This document shows, piece after piece, positions 45,702-58,500 of a DNA stretch of 64,000 bases. A model generated the notes under the pieces. The model was not told where the DNA came from. It saw only the letters and a list, made by a program, of their open reading frames with translations, and ran no database searches. The DNA comes from Clostridia bacterium. Lineage in GTDB: Bacteria > Bacillota > Clostridia > Christensenellales > DTU072. Each line of letters starts with the position of its first letter. The stretch's first letter is position 1. The stretch lies in the NCBI GenBank assembly GCA_045535785.1, contig JAZSMH010000060.1:66560-130559 (forward strand). The letters are read 5' to 3'. The translations under genes and the position numbers were made by a program.

Positions 45702-46372
45702 TATCCCTCCAATTTATACCCTACGCCTCTAACGGTGGCTATGGATACCTTTGATTGTAAGAAGGTCAGTTTTTTGCGCAAAAACGAGATATAGACTTCG
45801 ATATTGTTATACTCTACGTCTGCTTCGTAGCCCCATAGCTTGATGATCAACTCGTCTTTGGTTACTATAAAATTAGGTCTATCTAAAAAATACTTCAAGA
45901 TTTCGCTCTCTTTAAGGGATATTTTTATCCTCTTATCCTTACAAACGAGCTCGAAGTTACTTAAATTAAGGGTTATATCGCCGAAAGTTTTTTCATTGGT
46001 GACTATCGTCTCCGTCTTCCTACGAAGAAGGGCGCGCATACGCGCGAGCAGTTCGCTAGTAGAAAAGGGCTTCGCCATATAGTCGTCTGCGCCTAGATCG
46101 AGTCCACGCACTTTATCGCTAGTTTGGTTACGGGCGGTTAGCATTAATATAGGTGTTGCTACCCCTGCTTCTCTAACCTCTTTTAGCACTTCAAAGCCAT
46201 TTTTACCCGGAAGCATAATATCGAGCAAAATTATATCGTATCTACCCGTAAGTGCTTGGTCAAGTCCGCTGTTACCATCGTAACATGCGTCGACTGAATA
46301 TTTTTCTTTCTTCAATATATGACTTAATGCGTCGGATAGGCTCTTTTCGTCTTCTACTAACAAAACGTTCAT
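45701..46372 (-). CDS. OmpR/PhoB-family response regulator
   Basis: Receiver domain (LLVEDE...DIILLDIMLPG...K) plus a winged-helix output domain (TVRGVGYKL). Its stop overlaps the kinase start by 1 nt. Confidence 0.92.
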   Translation of the reverse strand: MNVLLVEDEKSLSDALSHILKKEKYSVDACYDGNSGLDQALTGRYDIILLDIMLPGKNGFEVLKEVREAGVATPILMLTARNQTSDKVRGLDLGADDYMAKPFSTSELLARMRALLRRKTETIVTNEKTFGDITLNLSNFELVCKDKRIKISLKESEILKYFLDRPNFIVTKDELIIKLWGYEADVEYNNIEVYISFLRKKLTFLQSKVSIATVRGVGYKLEG

Positions 46373-46448
46373 TTATTTACCTCTTCTTTTAGTATGTTTA
46401 TACTTAAATGCTATAATACTTTGCTTAATATAATCTAAATTGCGCGCT

Positions 46449-46490
46449 AAAAAACAAACTAATAGGGCTTAACGTAATCGGTAAGCCCTA
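46449..46490 (-). terminator. Rho-independent terminator after the 4,800-aa gene
   Basis: Minus sense: tagggctta-N10-taagcccta, followed by ttagtttgtttttt. Confidence 0.75.
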
Positions 46491-46513
46491 TCGTTCATAT
46501 TTAGCTAGTTGTG

Positions 46514-49500
46514 CTATTTGATAAATTCTACTCCGTAGAAGTTATCTTCAATAGGATCACCGTTCTCATCGACCTTCGGGATAGCGACTCCGTCGACGGT
46601 AATGGTGTAGGTATAGTCGATAGAAGCAGCTTCGCCTAGTACCCATTCACATTCGCCGTAGGAAGCACCCGCGAATAAGCCTGCGTATACCGTTTGTACG
46701 TCGGTAATCGTAATGGTACCCGTTGCTAGACCGTAGCTGAACTTGGGTTGTCCTTGTTCTATTACGCCTGCGTATCCGCCTACGTAAGCGGTACCGCCAC
46801 CGTTAACGGTTATGTCGAGTGCACTTATCGAGTTTTGAATCTTACTGATTTCTTCACCGCTACCGTCTAGTATGATGTCGCCACCGTAGTTAATACCTAC
46901 AAAGCCCGATACGTAAAGCGTGGTGTCGTTAGCTTCAGAAGTGATGTCTACCGAGCCTGCTACGGTTACGTTCTTGATAGTACCACTGTTGTATATAGCT
47001 ATTGCACCGAAGTAGAAGGTTTCGCCAGATTTTACGGTATTTTCGTAGACGATATTCAAGCTGATGTTAGAGATGTTACCGATGTTGTTATAAACAAGAG
47101 GTGCATCTAGTCCGCTCAAGCTTGCGATACTGCTTTCTTCTGCGCTAATGTTGTCGCCACCGCTACCGTTAATGCTACCGCTAAATACTAGTCCTTCGCC
47201 TATCGTGGTGAATTCTGTAAAGGTGATAGACTTGGTAATCGAGTAGTTAGCGTATAGTGCAATGTTGACGTAATTGAAGTCTTCTGCGCTCTCAACAATG
47301 AAAGGTGCATCTGCAGTACCGCTACCTCTTAACGGATAGTAGCCACCGAATACTATGCCGAATGCGTTATCGCCCGAAGCAAAGCTACTACCTCTCATAC
47401 CATCATCAGTGAATTCTACCATCTTGATGCCGTAGCTGTTGGTAGTCGAACCAATGGGCTTAGATTCTAGCACTGCACCATTGTTGTAGGTGTTGTTCTT
47501 GATTGCGTAAACGTTGATTGTCTCAGCTCCAAGCGCACCGCTACCGATAGCAGCGCCTACTACTAAGCTACTTGCGTTACCTTCAACTCTACCTAGTAAG
47601 TAGATAGCGCCGTCGGTTGCCTCGTTGTAGAGATACAAGTCGTTAGCTATACCTACGATACCGCCTGCTACTACTTGGGTACCGTTTACGCTGATGTTAT
47701 TCATACTGAATACGTCGTAAATTCTACCACCGCTTGCAGAGCCTACGATACCGCCTGCATAAACCGCACCGCTAGTTGAAGTAATCTTTTGAGTACCGAT
47801 AAGTACGATATTATTGATAACAGCGTTGTTGTAAATCTTACCTGCGACTAGACCTGCATACAATGCGTTGTCGCCTTCGTAAGTGAAGTCTACTGCAATA
47901 TCGCTGAATACTAGATTGTTTACTTTACCGTTGAGCTGTCCGAACAAGCCGAAGTAGTTACCGTCGAAGGTGTCAACGCTACCTGCGAAGTTACTGAGGA
48001 CTGCGAAGCTGCCGTCTTGAGTATCGAGGCTTCCGTTAAATACCTTATGGATAGCAACGGTTGCATCGTAATCACTCATATCTAGCGTTGTATTAGCGTT
48101 ATTTTGTGACGTAGCGATTACGAAGTGGAGGTTCATATAACCGTCGATAGCCATTAGATGTTCTACCTTGTCGATGATTAGCGGTGAAGCCTCTGTACCT
48201 ATACCGTACGCCGTGTCGGTGCCGTTGTATTGATATCCGAAGTCGCTATACAATCTACCTATGATCACGTCTTCGATAGTGTTGCCTGCTACGGTAGCGT
48301 CGTTACCTACCATGGATGCGTAGTTAACTGCTACTAGACCGTTGATGGTTACTGCTCTGCTTGACGAGGACGCGCCACTTACGGTGTAATCGTTAAGGAA
48401 CGCATTGTTAGCGAAGTAGTTAATGGTAGCGCCGTCGTAGCTAGCTTCATCTGCGTTGCCGTATACGGTACCGATATTTACGCTGTTGTTAACGCCGTAG
48501 ACGGTTACTTCACCGAATACTTGAACGTTGTTGAATTTAGCGCCCTTCTTAACGTAGCCTGCTAGGGTACTTACGTTAGCGTTATTGACGAGCTTGCCGT
48601 TATTGGTGATTCTTACGTCTACGTATACTAGATCGGAATTTTGACCGAGGACTGCTTTTTCGCCGAGCGTACCTGCTAGACCGCCTACGTTGACTTCGTC
48701 TACGGTGGTGCTAACTCCGTCGAGGACGATATCGCCCGTTACGCTTACGTTATGGACTAAGCCGTTGAGGGTGCCTGCAAGTAGACCTACGTTGGTGTTA
48801 GCACTTGCGCTTAGGCTGATCGTCATGACGTCGCTTAACGTTATTGCAAGGTTCTTAACGGTGCCGTCTACTCTCTCGAATACGCTGTGCTTGCCGTTAG
48901 TAATTCCGTTAGCTTCGATAGTAATCGTATGAATTGCTTCACTATAGCCTGTTACGGTAGTGGTTTTTTCTCCATTTTCCGTATTAGTGTTAGTAACTTT
49001 GGTGTAGCCCTCGTTGTCTGCACCGTTTGCGTTGAACGTACCTGTATAGATACCTTCTAGACGCTTATTGATCGTTAGGTCAGCGTTAAGAATGAAGTTA
49101 CTGTCTAGGTAGGTGCTAGGCGTGGGTACTACCATACCGCTAATATCATTACCTTCACCATCCTTCGAGCCTTCGGGATATAAATTGTAGTAATTGTTAT
49201 CTACGTAGTAGAAGTCGGTTTCGTTATTGATTAGGTAGTAAGTGGTTATTTCTTTCTTATCGCTTGATTTTAGTTGTCCGTTTTCTCTTTCTTCGGTTAA
49301 TTGAACGGGTTTAGCAAAGTACTTGATTACGAAGTCTTTGTAGTCCGTTGCGCCATTAACTGAATCTTTACCCGTGATTCTGAAACTACCGTAGGTGCCC
49401 TTATCGTCTGCCGTTGCGTACGTGTATACGTAGTATGCGCCTACTTCGCTAGGAGTATCAATGCCTACCGAGTTGTCACGGTTTAGGTTGGTGTTCTCGT

Positions 49501-52500
49501 TATATCTATGGTATTCGTAACTTAAAGCAACGTTTACGCTCTTAACGGTAGTGCCGTCAGTGTATACGTACGAAGCAATACCAGTGGTAGCCATGCTACC
49601 TTGTGCCGTTTGCTTATAGAATACGTCTTGACCGTCGACGTTGGTGCCACCGTAGTCTACTCTTACTTCTGCAATGAAGTAACCTACCAAGTTGATATGG
49701 TCGTCTATGAATTGTACCTTGAATTTGCCAGTCTTTTCTTCGCCTGCGCAATAAGGCTCATCTGAACCGTCGGGCGAGCCTACGGTGTAACTATGGAAGT
49801 AGTTATAACCGCTGCCGTAGTAACTATGGTCAGTGATAACGTCGTGTTTTGCTACGTAGGTGAGTTCTAATACGTCACCACGGTGGAATTGCGTATCGAA
49901 CGTATCACTAAATTCACCGTTTGCGTCACTTTCTCTAGTTGTATAACTCATAAAGTTATTGGTGTTGATGTCGTAACCGTAATCTTTACCTAGGTATACC
50001 TTACCGTTGTAGGTGTAGCTATATCTGTTAGCGTCAACGAACATTTGATATTCGGACTTTACGTTGTGATAATCTAATACTTCGCTACCTATTTCGCCCT
50101 TAACAACGTGTGATTGAACGGGTGCACTGCCTGTAACGTTCTCAATCGTATTGACGATATTTTGACCGTGGAAGGTGACTGCCGTGTTGGTATTCTTGTG
50201 GTTATCGATGATTTCTGTACCAATGTAGTAATACAAGCCTGCACCAGAGGTGATTCTGAACTTATAGGTATTGCCGTTAATTACGTTCTCGCCGATACCG
50301 CTGAATCTCAATACGTCGCCTGCTACGGGTAGCCATTCGCCTTCGCCGTTAACTTGATATTCGATTTCGTATCCGCTGTAAGGCTCGCTATCAACAAACG
50401 CGTTGTTCTCAACGATACCTACGCCAAGGTTGATTTCCGTTTCGCTAACGTACCAATATTCGATACTGTCGCTGTATAGGTTATCTTCTGCCGACCAGCC
50501 CCAGTTGGTTGCTTTGGTACCGTCGATGCTATTGACGTATACGATAGGCGTGGTGTTGTCTATCCTTGCATATACCGTGGTGCCTGAGCCCTCGGTGCCT
50601 GCGAACGTGTCGATTGCAACGTCCTTTCTCGTTTCGCCATTGTTACCTACGTAGTAGTAACGATAGATGCTCGAACTACCGCTTTGAGTAGCGTTCTTGT
50701 AATCTTCGTAGGTGATTACGTCGAATACTTCTCCGCCGATCTTCAACGTAACGCCACTATAGCCTACGTTACTGATAGTGAAGTTCATTACTACCGAGTT
50801 GTAGTACGTCCAAACTGCGTTAGCGGTAACTACGTAAGAAACGTTGTTCACGTTGTTGTAAGCAGCCTTTAGTTGCTCTTGAATGTCGATAGCCGATTCA
50901 TCGAATACGCTATAGGTAGCTTTACCTGAAGCGATTACGTTAGGCGTGTTGGTGTCTATCTTGATACCGTATATTAGGTCGTCGTTAACGCTTGCGGTAC
51001 CTCTATCGTCTATTCTACCTACCGTGCGGTGTTCACTCTCTATACCTGCGCCCGTCATGGTGAAGTATTCGTAAACTACGTTGTTCGTACTGTCCTCTAA
51101 TTTGTAATTCAACGCGCTTGCGTAGTTAGAGATCATTACGGTTTGGTCATTGGATATACCGTCGTTATAGTAACGTATCTTTCCTTCGATGCTGATGCTA
51201 GAGGATGATCCTGACTGTTGCGTCCACTTACCGCCTTGTTTTACGTATACTCTACCGGTAGGCAATACCATAGTCCATTCGGACCATACGTAGTCACCGT
51301 CAAGATTCTTCGCATACGTACGATAGAAGAACGCGTTACCGCTGATATATGCCGATGGAGAGTCTAGCGTTACCGTCATGGTTACGCTATTGTTAACCCA
51401 CTCGCCATCGGGGATTTCCCAAACGCCGTCAGCGTTGTAATAGCCGTAGAAGTCCTTGTTCGAATCTTTTGCTACGACGTCTAGGGTAGGCTTCGTCTTA
51501 TCTATTGCTATTAGGCTGGATATAACGCGTTTACCAATAGATATTTCTGCATATTGTGCGCCACCTTGATCTGCTGATTCGTAGCTTTCTAGCTCGATTC
51601 TTAACTTGTAATTGATGCTGTCAGGGGATGAGTCGCCTATTTCCGTAGCTCTAGGTATAGAGCTATTCTTGTAACTCTTATATACGTTGAGCTCGGTGTT
51701 TTGTGCGTTAGAGAGCGCTCTAAACATATAGTACTTATATAGGTAAGAAACGCCCTTGCCTACGTAATACTTGATTGTATCGGTATAAAGACCTGTGCTT
51801 GCATTATATACAGGATCACCTATACGCTCGTAATGTCCTAGGTCGAGGTCAAGCTCTGTCCAAGTTCCGTCCAAGCCACCGTTTACGTTCTTCTTGTAAT
51901 TCTCGCTAACGTAGAGGGTATATCCGCTCTTACCGTAGGTTATATCCATGGTTACGTAAGCGTAATCTTGCATCCAATTGATGGTGGATATTCCCGTATC
52001 TTTCAACCAATCGACGGAAGGTGTGCCTTGTGCGTACTTGTTGCCTTCTTTATCGTAAGCAATGATATTGCTTACATTAGCTGATGCGGTATCAACCTTG
52101 GGAATGAACTCCTTCTCGGTGACGTTACCTGCTCTATCGGTTATCTTTATGGTATATTTAATATTCTTATCGAAGTAATATAGCTCTTTGTTACCGTTGT
52201 ACGCTCTATACAAGCCGTCGTCACACTTAACGAGCCATAACGTTACTGTAGATTCGCCGTCTTCACCGGTTATATAAGCATCCTCGTAGTTGATTTGTAC
52301 ATTGTCGATTGTTTCTTTTTCTTTTCCACTATCGCCTATGCCTGACGTGCCGTCGTAAATGCTGATTCTCAACGATTTTGCGAGAGCGTGCCATATATCT
52401 TCGCTAGTAGCAAGCTCTGCAAAGTTACCGCTGTCAAGGTTAATGACGGGTGCGGTTATATCTATGCTAACGATGCTTGACGCATATTCGGATACAGGAC

Positions 52501-55500
52501 GGTTGAACGCCTTCTCGGGTTGATTGTTAGCGGCCTTGATGATATAGGTAAGGTGGGCGTTGGTTTTGGAAACGGGCATCGTAAGTTGTACGGTGCTGCT
52601 GGCAAAATCGTAATCCCAAATCGTACCGACCAATAGGTTGTGATAGATATCGGTTAGGTTAATGCCGGTAGTGACGTTATCGATATACCACGTGCGTGCG
52701 CCACCGTTTACCTTCGCGGTTAGCGTAAACGTATTGTCGCTCGGCCAATCAATGCTGGTAATCTTCGACTCAGTTGTGCCCGTGTTGGTTAGGTAGGTTA
52801 TTCTTACCTTGTTGTTATCGTTCGTGAACGTGGGCACGCGCATGCGTACGCTCGCGTTAACAATATTATCTACGATGCTGTAGTTAGACGAGCTGATAGC
52901 ATTCCACGTCCATTCTACGTCGTAGAAGTTAGTGGGATAGCTACTATGTACGGGTATATCCATATCTTCGCCGTTGATATGGAATTTGTATACTCCGTCA
53001 ACTTCTCTAGTGGTTAACGTTACCATTCCGTTAGTGCCCGTGTATTGTTTGCTCTTGGTGACAGCGCCTACGGTTAAGCTTACGGTATTAGATGCGATAG
53101 TAACCTTTAATACTTCGTTAAGCATAGTATTAAAGACGTTATGTGCAAGTCCTGTCGCTGACGAATCGCTTAACGTAATCGTGTTCGCCTTGAAATCATA
53201 TATCCACGTGGGAGTTAGGTGTGCGCTATATTTGGTATAGCTTACGGGAATGGTAACAGTCTTTTCGTTGTCCTCTACCGAAACTACGCAATAAGCACCG
53301 CTACTGGGGTTGGTTATCGCAAGGGTAACCTTGTTGCCTATAGCGTATACGCCCGTGTCGTAAATTTGTAACTTATCATTGCTATCGTAGTATTCTAGTA
53401 CTACGGTGTTAGTTTCACTAAACGAAACAACGGGGAATAGTAATTCCTTGTTAGTGAAGAGGTTGCCTTTATCGTCGATAACCTCGTAGTCCACGTAGCC
53501 TACTGCATCCGCGCCGTAGCTAATATTCCACTTAGCGTTGTATTTTTGTTGTTCGTATTCGCCGTATTCGGATTGTACCGTTCCTTCTGCGGGCTTAGGA
53601 TAAGTTATGACGATATCTTTTTCTTCAGCGCCCTTAGAAAGTTCTTCTATAACGTTGTTGTATGCGCATATAGTATACGTTACGCTCATATCAGTATTAT
53701 TGCCTACAATAAATTCACAAACTATGTAATTTTTGTCGGGGCATACTACCCAAGTCTTATCCTCAACCTTGGTGCTGTAATAAGCGTAATTAACGGGAGC
53801 TGTGATTAGCTTCTTGCCTTGTACAGCCCAACAGCCGTCTATTACCGTAACGTTCACTAATGCGTCTGCTTTAGGATCGGTAACCACAGGCTTGTTTACG
53901 CCCGTAAACACATCCACGAATCTAGTTCCGTTGTAGAAATTAATTATTATCTCGTTATTATCTGCATATCTAATGCTAGGCGCACGTAGTTCTGCGTACG
54001 TTTCTTCATACTTATCGATAAGCGTGATGATAGCGTTAGCGCCTACTCCGTTGATTTCCCACGTTACGTCGTGGATAGAATTGGGATAGATAGGTGCAGC
54101 GGCAACTCTTGCAGTGGTGATCTTGCCATCGATTGCCCAATAATAAGCATTCTTCTCCGTTCCTTTTTCGCCTGTTCCTAGCTTGGTATTGAGTTTGACT
54201 ATATCGCTAGTTCTCTTATATCCTGTATCAATTTGAATGAAGTCACCCTTATAGTCAAGGTATGACATTATGATATAGCCGTTACCGTCGACGTCAATGA
54301 TAGGAATATCGAGATTGTTGTAGATAATACGTGCGGGACCGGTTTTGCTAGAATCGGTTATTTTTGCCTTATTGCTAGCATAGTCGATGGTGTACGTTGC
54401 CGTACCGAAGCTACTGTAATATTTGGTTGCCACGTTAACTGCGGTGTCTTGACCGTTTATTTGCCATACACCAGCGTTCGCTCTGACGTTAACTTCGTTG
54501 GTCTTTTCTACGTAGGTATCGTATTTTTGAGCGTTACCTAAACTATCTAGATATTCAAGGACGAAGGTGCCGTTCTTACTTATGCTGACTTTAGGTACGT
54601 TAACGCCGTTGACAGTCGAATATTGGTCGATAATACCTTGGAAGTTATTGGTGCGAGTATACGCGATATAGCCGAAGCCACTCGAACCGTACTCTACTCT
54701 CCAAGACATCTTGACGCTGTCGTTGGTATACGCTACCATACTACCGTAGTAGGTCTTGTCAGTGCTTACGTACTTGGTCGTGCTAGATACCTTTACGGGC
54801 GCCGTGTCTATCTTTATGGAATATAAAGTATTCTTAGCACCTATACCCGTTGTTTCGTTCCAAACGTTACCGGAAATATCCCTTGCGTCGATAACGACGT
54901 CCTTGGTAGCGGTAGGAATGAGTAAGCGATAATATACTTCGTCAATATAGCCCTTATAGACGTTCTTCGCCGTCACTTTGGAATATAACAATTTGGTGGT
55001 TAAGCCGTTTAGTCTTACGTAATTGCCATCTTTCTCAACCGTCGGCTCAGCTTCGTTAGAGGTATACACTCTTACGTTGGTGGCGTATCCGTCTACGAAC
55101 CATACGGGAATGCCAGTAACTAGTATCTTTTCTAATTTCGTGCCGTTGTAATCTCCGCCTGAACAAACAACGGTGCTATCGTCAATACCGCTTGCTCCGT
55201 CGGAAAGTTGATAGTAAATATAAACCTTGCCGTTGGTGTAAGCGTCGCCTACGACGTTAGTCCAAATTGTCTGCATATTAGCGTAAGCAATTTCGCCATG
55301 GGTTTCGTCCTCGGTCATAGACGCGCTAGACTCTACCGCAAAGATGGTCATGTTGGAATCAAACTGTACGGGCTCGGAGTCGATGAATATACTTCCTAGA
55401 TCTATGAGGTAATATCTACCTACGCCCGATACTGCAAGAAGATATAATCTCTTCTTAAGAGAGGTCATGCTAATTCTTATAGACGCAATGCTTTCTGTAT

Positions 55501-58500
55501 CGTTAATACTGTTAGCATTGCTACTTTGGTATGCGATAGCGCCCGGTACAAATACTTTGTTGACGTAATATCCCCAGCCGTTAGCTGCGTAATCAAAGTT
55601 ATTTTCAACAAATTTGCCCATAACGAAGTCGTCAAAAGGACTGCAAAGCCCGATCACAGACTTATCTTTGTTCGCTTCATCCCAATCGACTTCTTTTAGA
55701 TACATCTTCACACCGGATATACCAGTGGTGAAATTAATGGTTAAATCGATATCCGTCTTTGTTGTCGCCTCACCCTTCATGACGTTGACGTTCTTACCGT
55801 ACTTACTCACGGTGGTAGGCGTAGTATACGTTTTGGTAGCACTACCTTCTGTCCACGTTATGGGTTGTAGCTTACTCTCTACGTCAACGGTGTCTACCAC
55901 GGGGAATAGCTTGAAGCCGTTCTTGTCTACATCTACGTAGGATCCGTCGGTTGCGTTATCCATATTGTCTTTTACCGTGAAGTTAAAGCTTGCCTGGCCA
56001 GTCTTAGCAGTAAGTCCCCACGATTTACCGTCGTAGACGTACATTCTCTCGCTCTTATCCTTCTCAGAATGGACGTAATCTTCTACTAGCCTACATACGC
56101 TGTCGTTAACCTTGAAGCCCTCGGTTACGTGTGCGCCTGAGCCCATGGTGTAACCTTCTAATTGCTTTACGTATTCACCATCACTGCCTACTATGTAATT
56201 GCCGTTTTCGTCGGTTACGTATCTATAATATGCCTGCCTGTCCGAAACGATGAAGTAAGCGTATAGGTTCTGCGTAGCCCAAACGAAGGGATCCGTTTGT
56301 CCCGTTACGAACGAACTGCTGTTATTCTTATCCAAAGTAAACGTGTAGTTATCGCCGTTTAATTTTGCGTCGAATGCAAGTTGTGAATTGTTTATCGTCG
56401 TTTCGTTAGGATTGTCGGCGAAGAACACCTTGGTCAATTCGGGTGCGGTAGTATCCTGTTTTAGTATGAAATAATAGTCGTTCGATCCCGTCGTCTTCGA
56501 TAATACGGTATCAACGCTAGCGCCTGCTTTGTTGGTTATCTGAACGCCAAGTTTTATATCTTTTGACTCTTTCGCATAAAAAACTACCCAGCCTATGCTC
56601 TTGTTATCTCTAAAGTCGGATACCGTCCAATCAAAATTAACCGTACCGTTAGGAACGCTAGGATAGTCTACTCTATTACCTTGTCCCCAAGTAATAACAG
56701 GTTCACTCAACGATTGTTTAACTTCAATCTCCATAATTACGTTGCTCATAGTCCACTCGGCGGTATGTACGAAGCCGTCATCATAAACGCCCCACGACTG
56801 GTCTTGCGTAAGACCGGGTAGCGTGGACGAATGTAGGAAGGGCTGAACGCCGTAACTTCCCATAGTGGATGCCGAACCAGATCCCGGTAACGAAGATGTG
56901 GTCATATCAGAAGGGAACGTATAGAAAGAGAGATCTGCATACGTCGGGAAAGGATCTACGTAGTAACGTAGTACGTAACTTGAACTGAACGTCGTACCAC
57001 TCGAATTGGTAGTATAAATAGCATTATCGCTATTATCTAAGCCTTTTCTTAGGTTAGCGTCTTTGTTAGCTGCAAAGGCTACGTTCGTGGAGCCATACGT
57101 TCTCGTATTGCCTAAGAAGTCTCTTATTGCTACCGAATAGTCTAGGAAGGTGCCGGTACTTACGTCCCAAATATTTCTCTTCTTGCCCTCTGTTTCCGTA
57201 GTTTTGAAGCCAGAGCAATTACCTTCGGTCTCTAGTCTGTTTCTATCGAATAGGCGAACTACTACGTAGTAGTAATTACCTAATTTTTGCACGTATCCGT
57301 GTTCATAATAGGTATAGGTACCTTTAGCACCAACGTATCTAAACGCGAACACGAAGCTACTTTCTCTAAATACCTCTACTTTGTCAGGATCATCTGCGAA
57401 TACCTCGGTGAGAATACCTTTTGAATACGTCTTGGGATTACCTAATTCGTCTAGAATTTCTGCATCTGCACTTTGGGTAAGTTCTTCACCCGCTTTGTCG
57501 TACTTTCCGTCGATGCCGTAATATTTTTCGTGAGCGCCAGTCTTGTCGTTAGCTGAACCGGGGGTTAAATCATTACCGTCTACCGCTATACCGGAATAGT
57601 TGTCTGCGACTTTGAATAAAGCCCAGTATTCTTTGCTATTCTCAATATTATACCACGTTCCATCCGTTAATACGGTCTCTTGAGTGAGCTTACTGGTAGC
57701 ATTTCCTGAAGAATCAACGTACGTATTGATATTATCCTTCGTTACGTTCCCTGGAGCGAAGCCCATCAACGTGAACGTCTCGGGAGCGGAAACGTCAATT
57801 TGAGTCGTTATCGTTATTTCTTCCGTTGATACGTTTTCTTTGTTCTTAAAGCTCATCGTGTAAGTGTTGCGCGCGTCTACGCCATCTACATTGATGGTTT
57901 CCGTATGTACTTTATACGTAGTGTTGACGTCCAACGTTTGCGTACTTAAACCACTTGATTGTGAGCCGTATATCGAGTCTGAGTCAGTAACGTTGTTTAC
58001 AGTGGTTGGCTTTATCGTTGTATCCGATGCATTTCTAGCGTACGGATCAATAGTACTCAAAGAAATATTAGTACCATTCATTTTAAGGGTGGGATCACCA
58101 CCGCTACAGCCGTAAACGTAGTGTATGATGAACTGTTGAGATTCGTGATCGTTCGACCATGGGAATACGTATGATAGAGAGGTACTATCGTACCCGTTGG
58201 TTGATGCTATAACCGTCCCATCCTTATCGGTTACGATAACCTGCGGTGTATAATAGTCTTTGATTACGTAGTACTCGAATTTGTAACCGCTTAACGTCTT
58301 ATCTTGGCTAACGTAGTAGTCATAGCTCTTATCGCTAGCATTGGCACAATTAGCGTCGTTTACCTTCGGATCCGAGAACGTATACGAATTGTCCGCATAC
58401 GATCTCGTACTGCGTGTAGCGTAACTGTCTGTTGTACCCGAAGCGGTATGCTTGGTGCCGTCGGAAACGTTACCACACTTATCGATAGCTACGATATACA

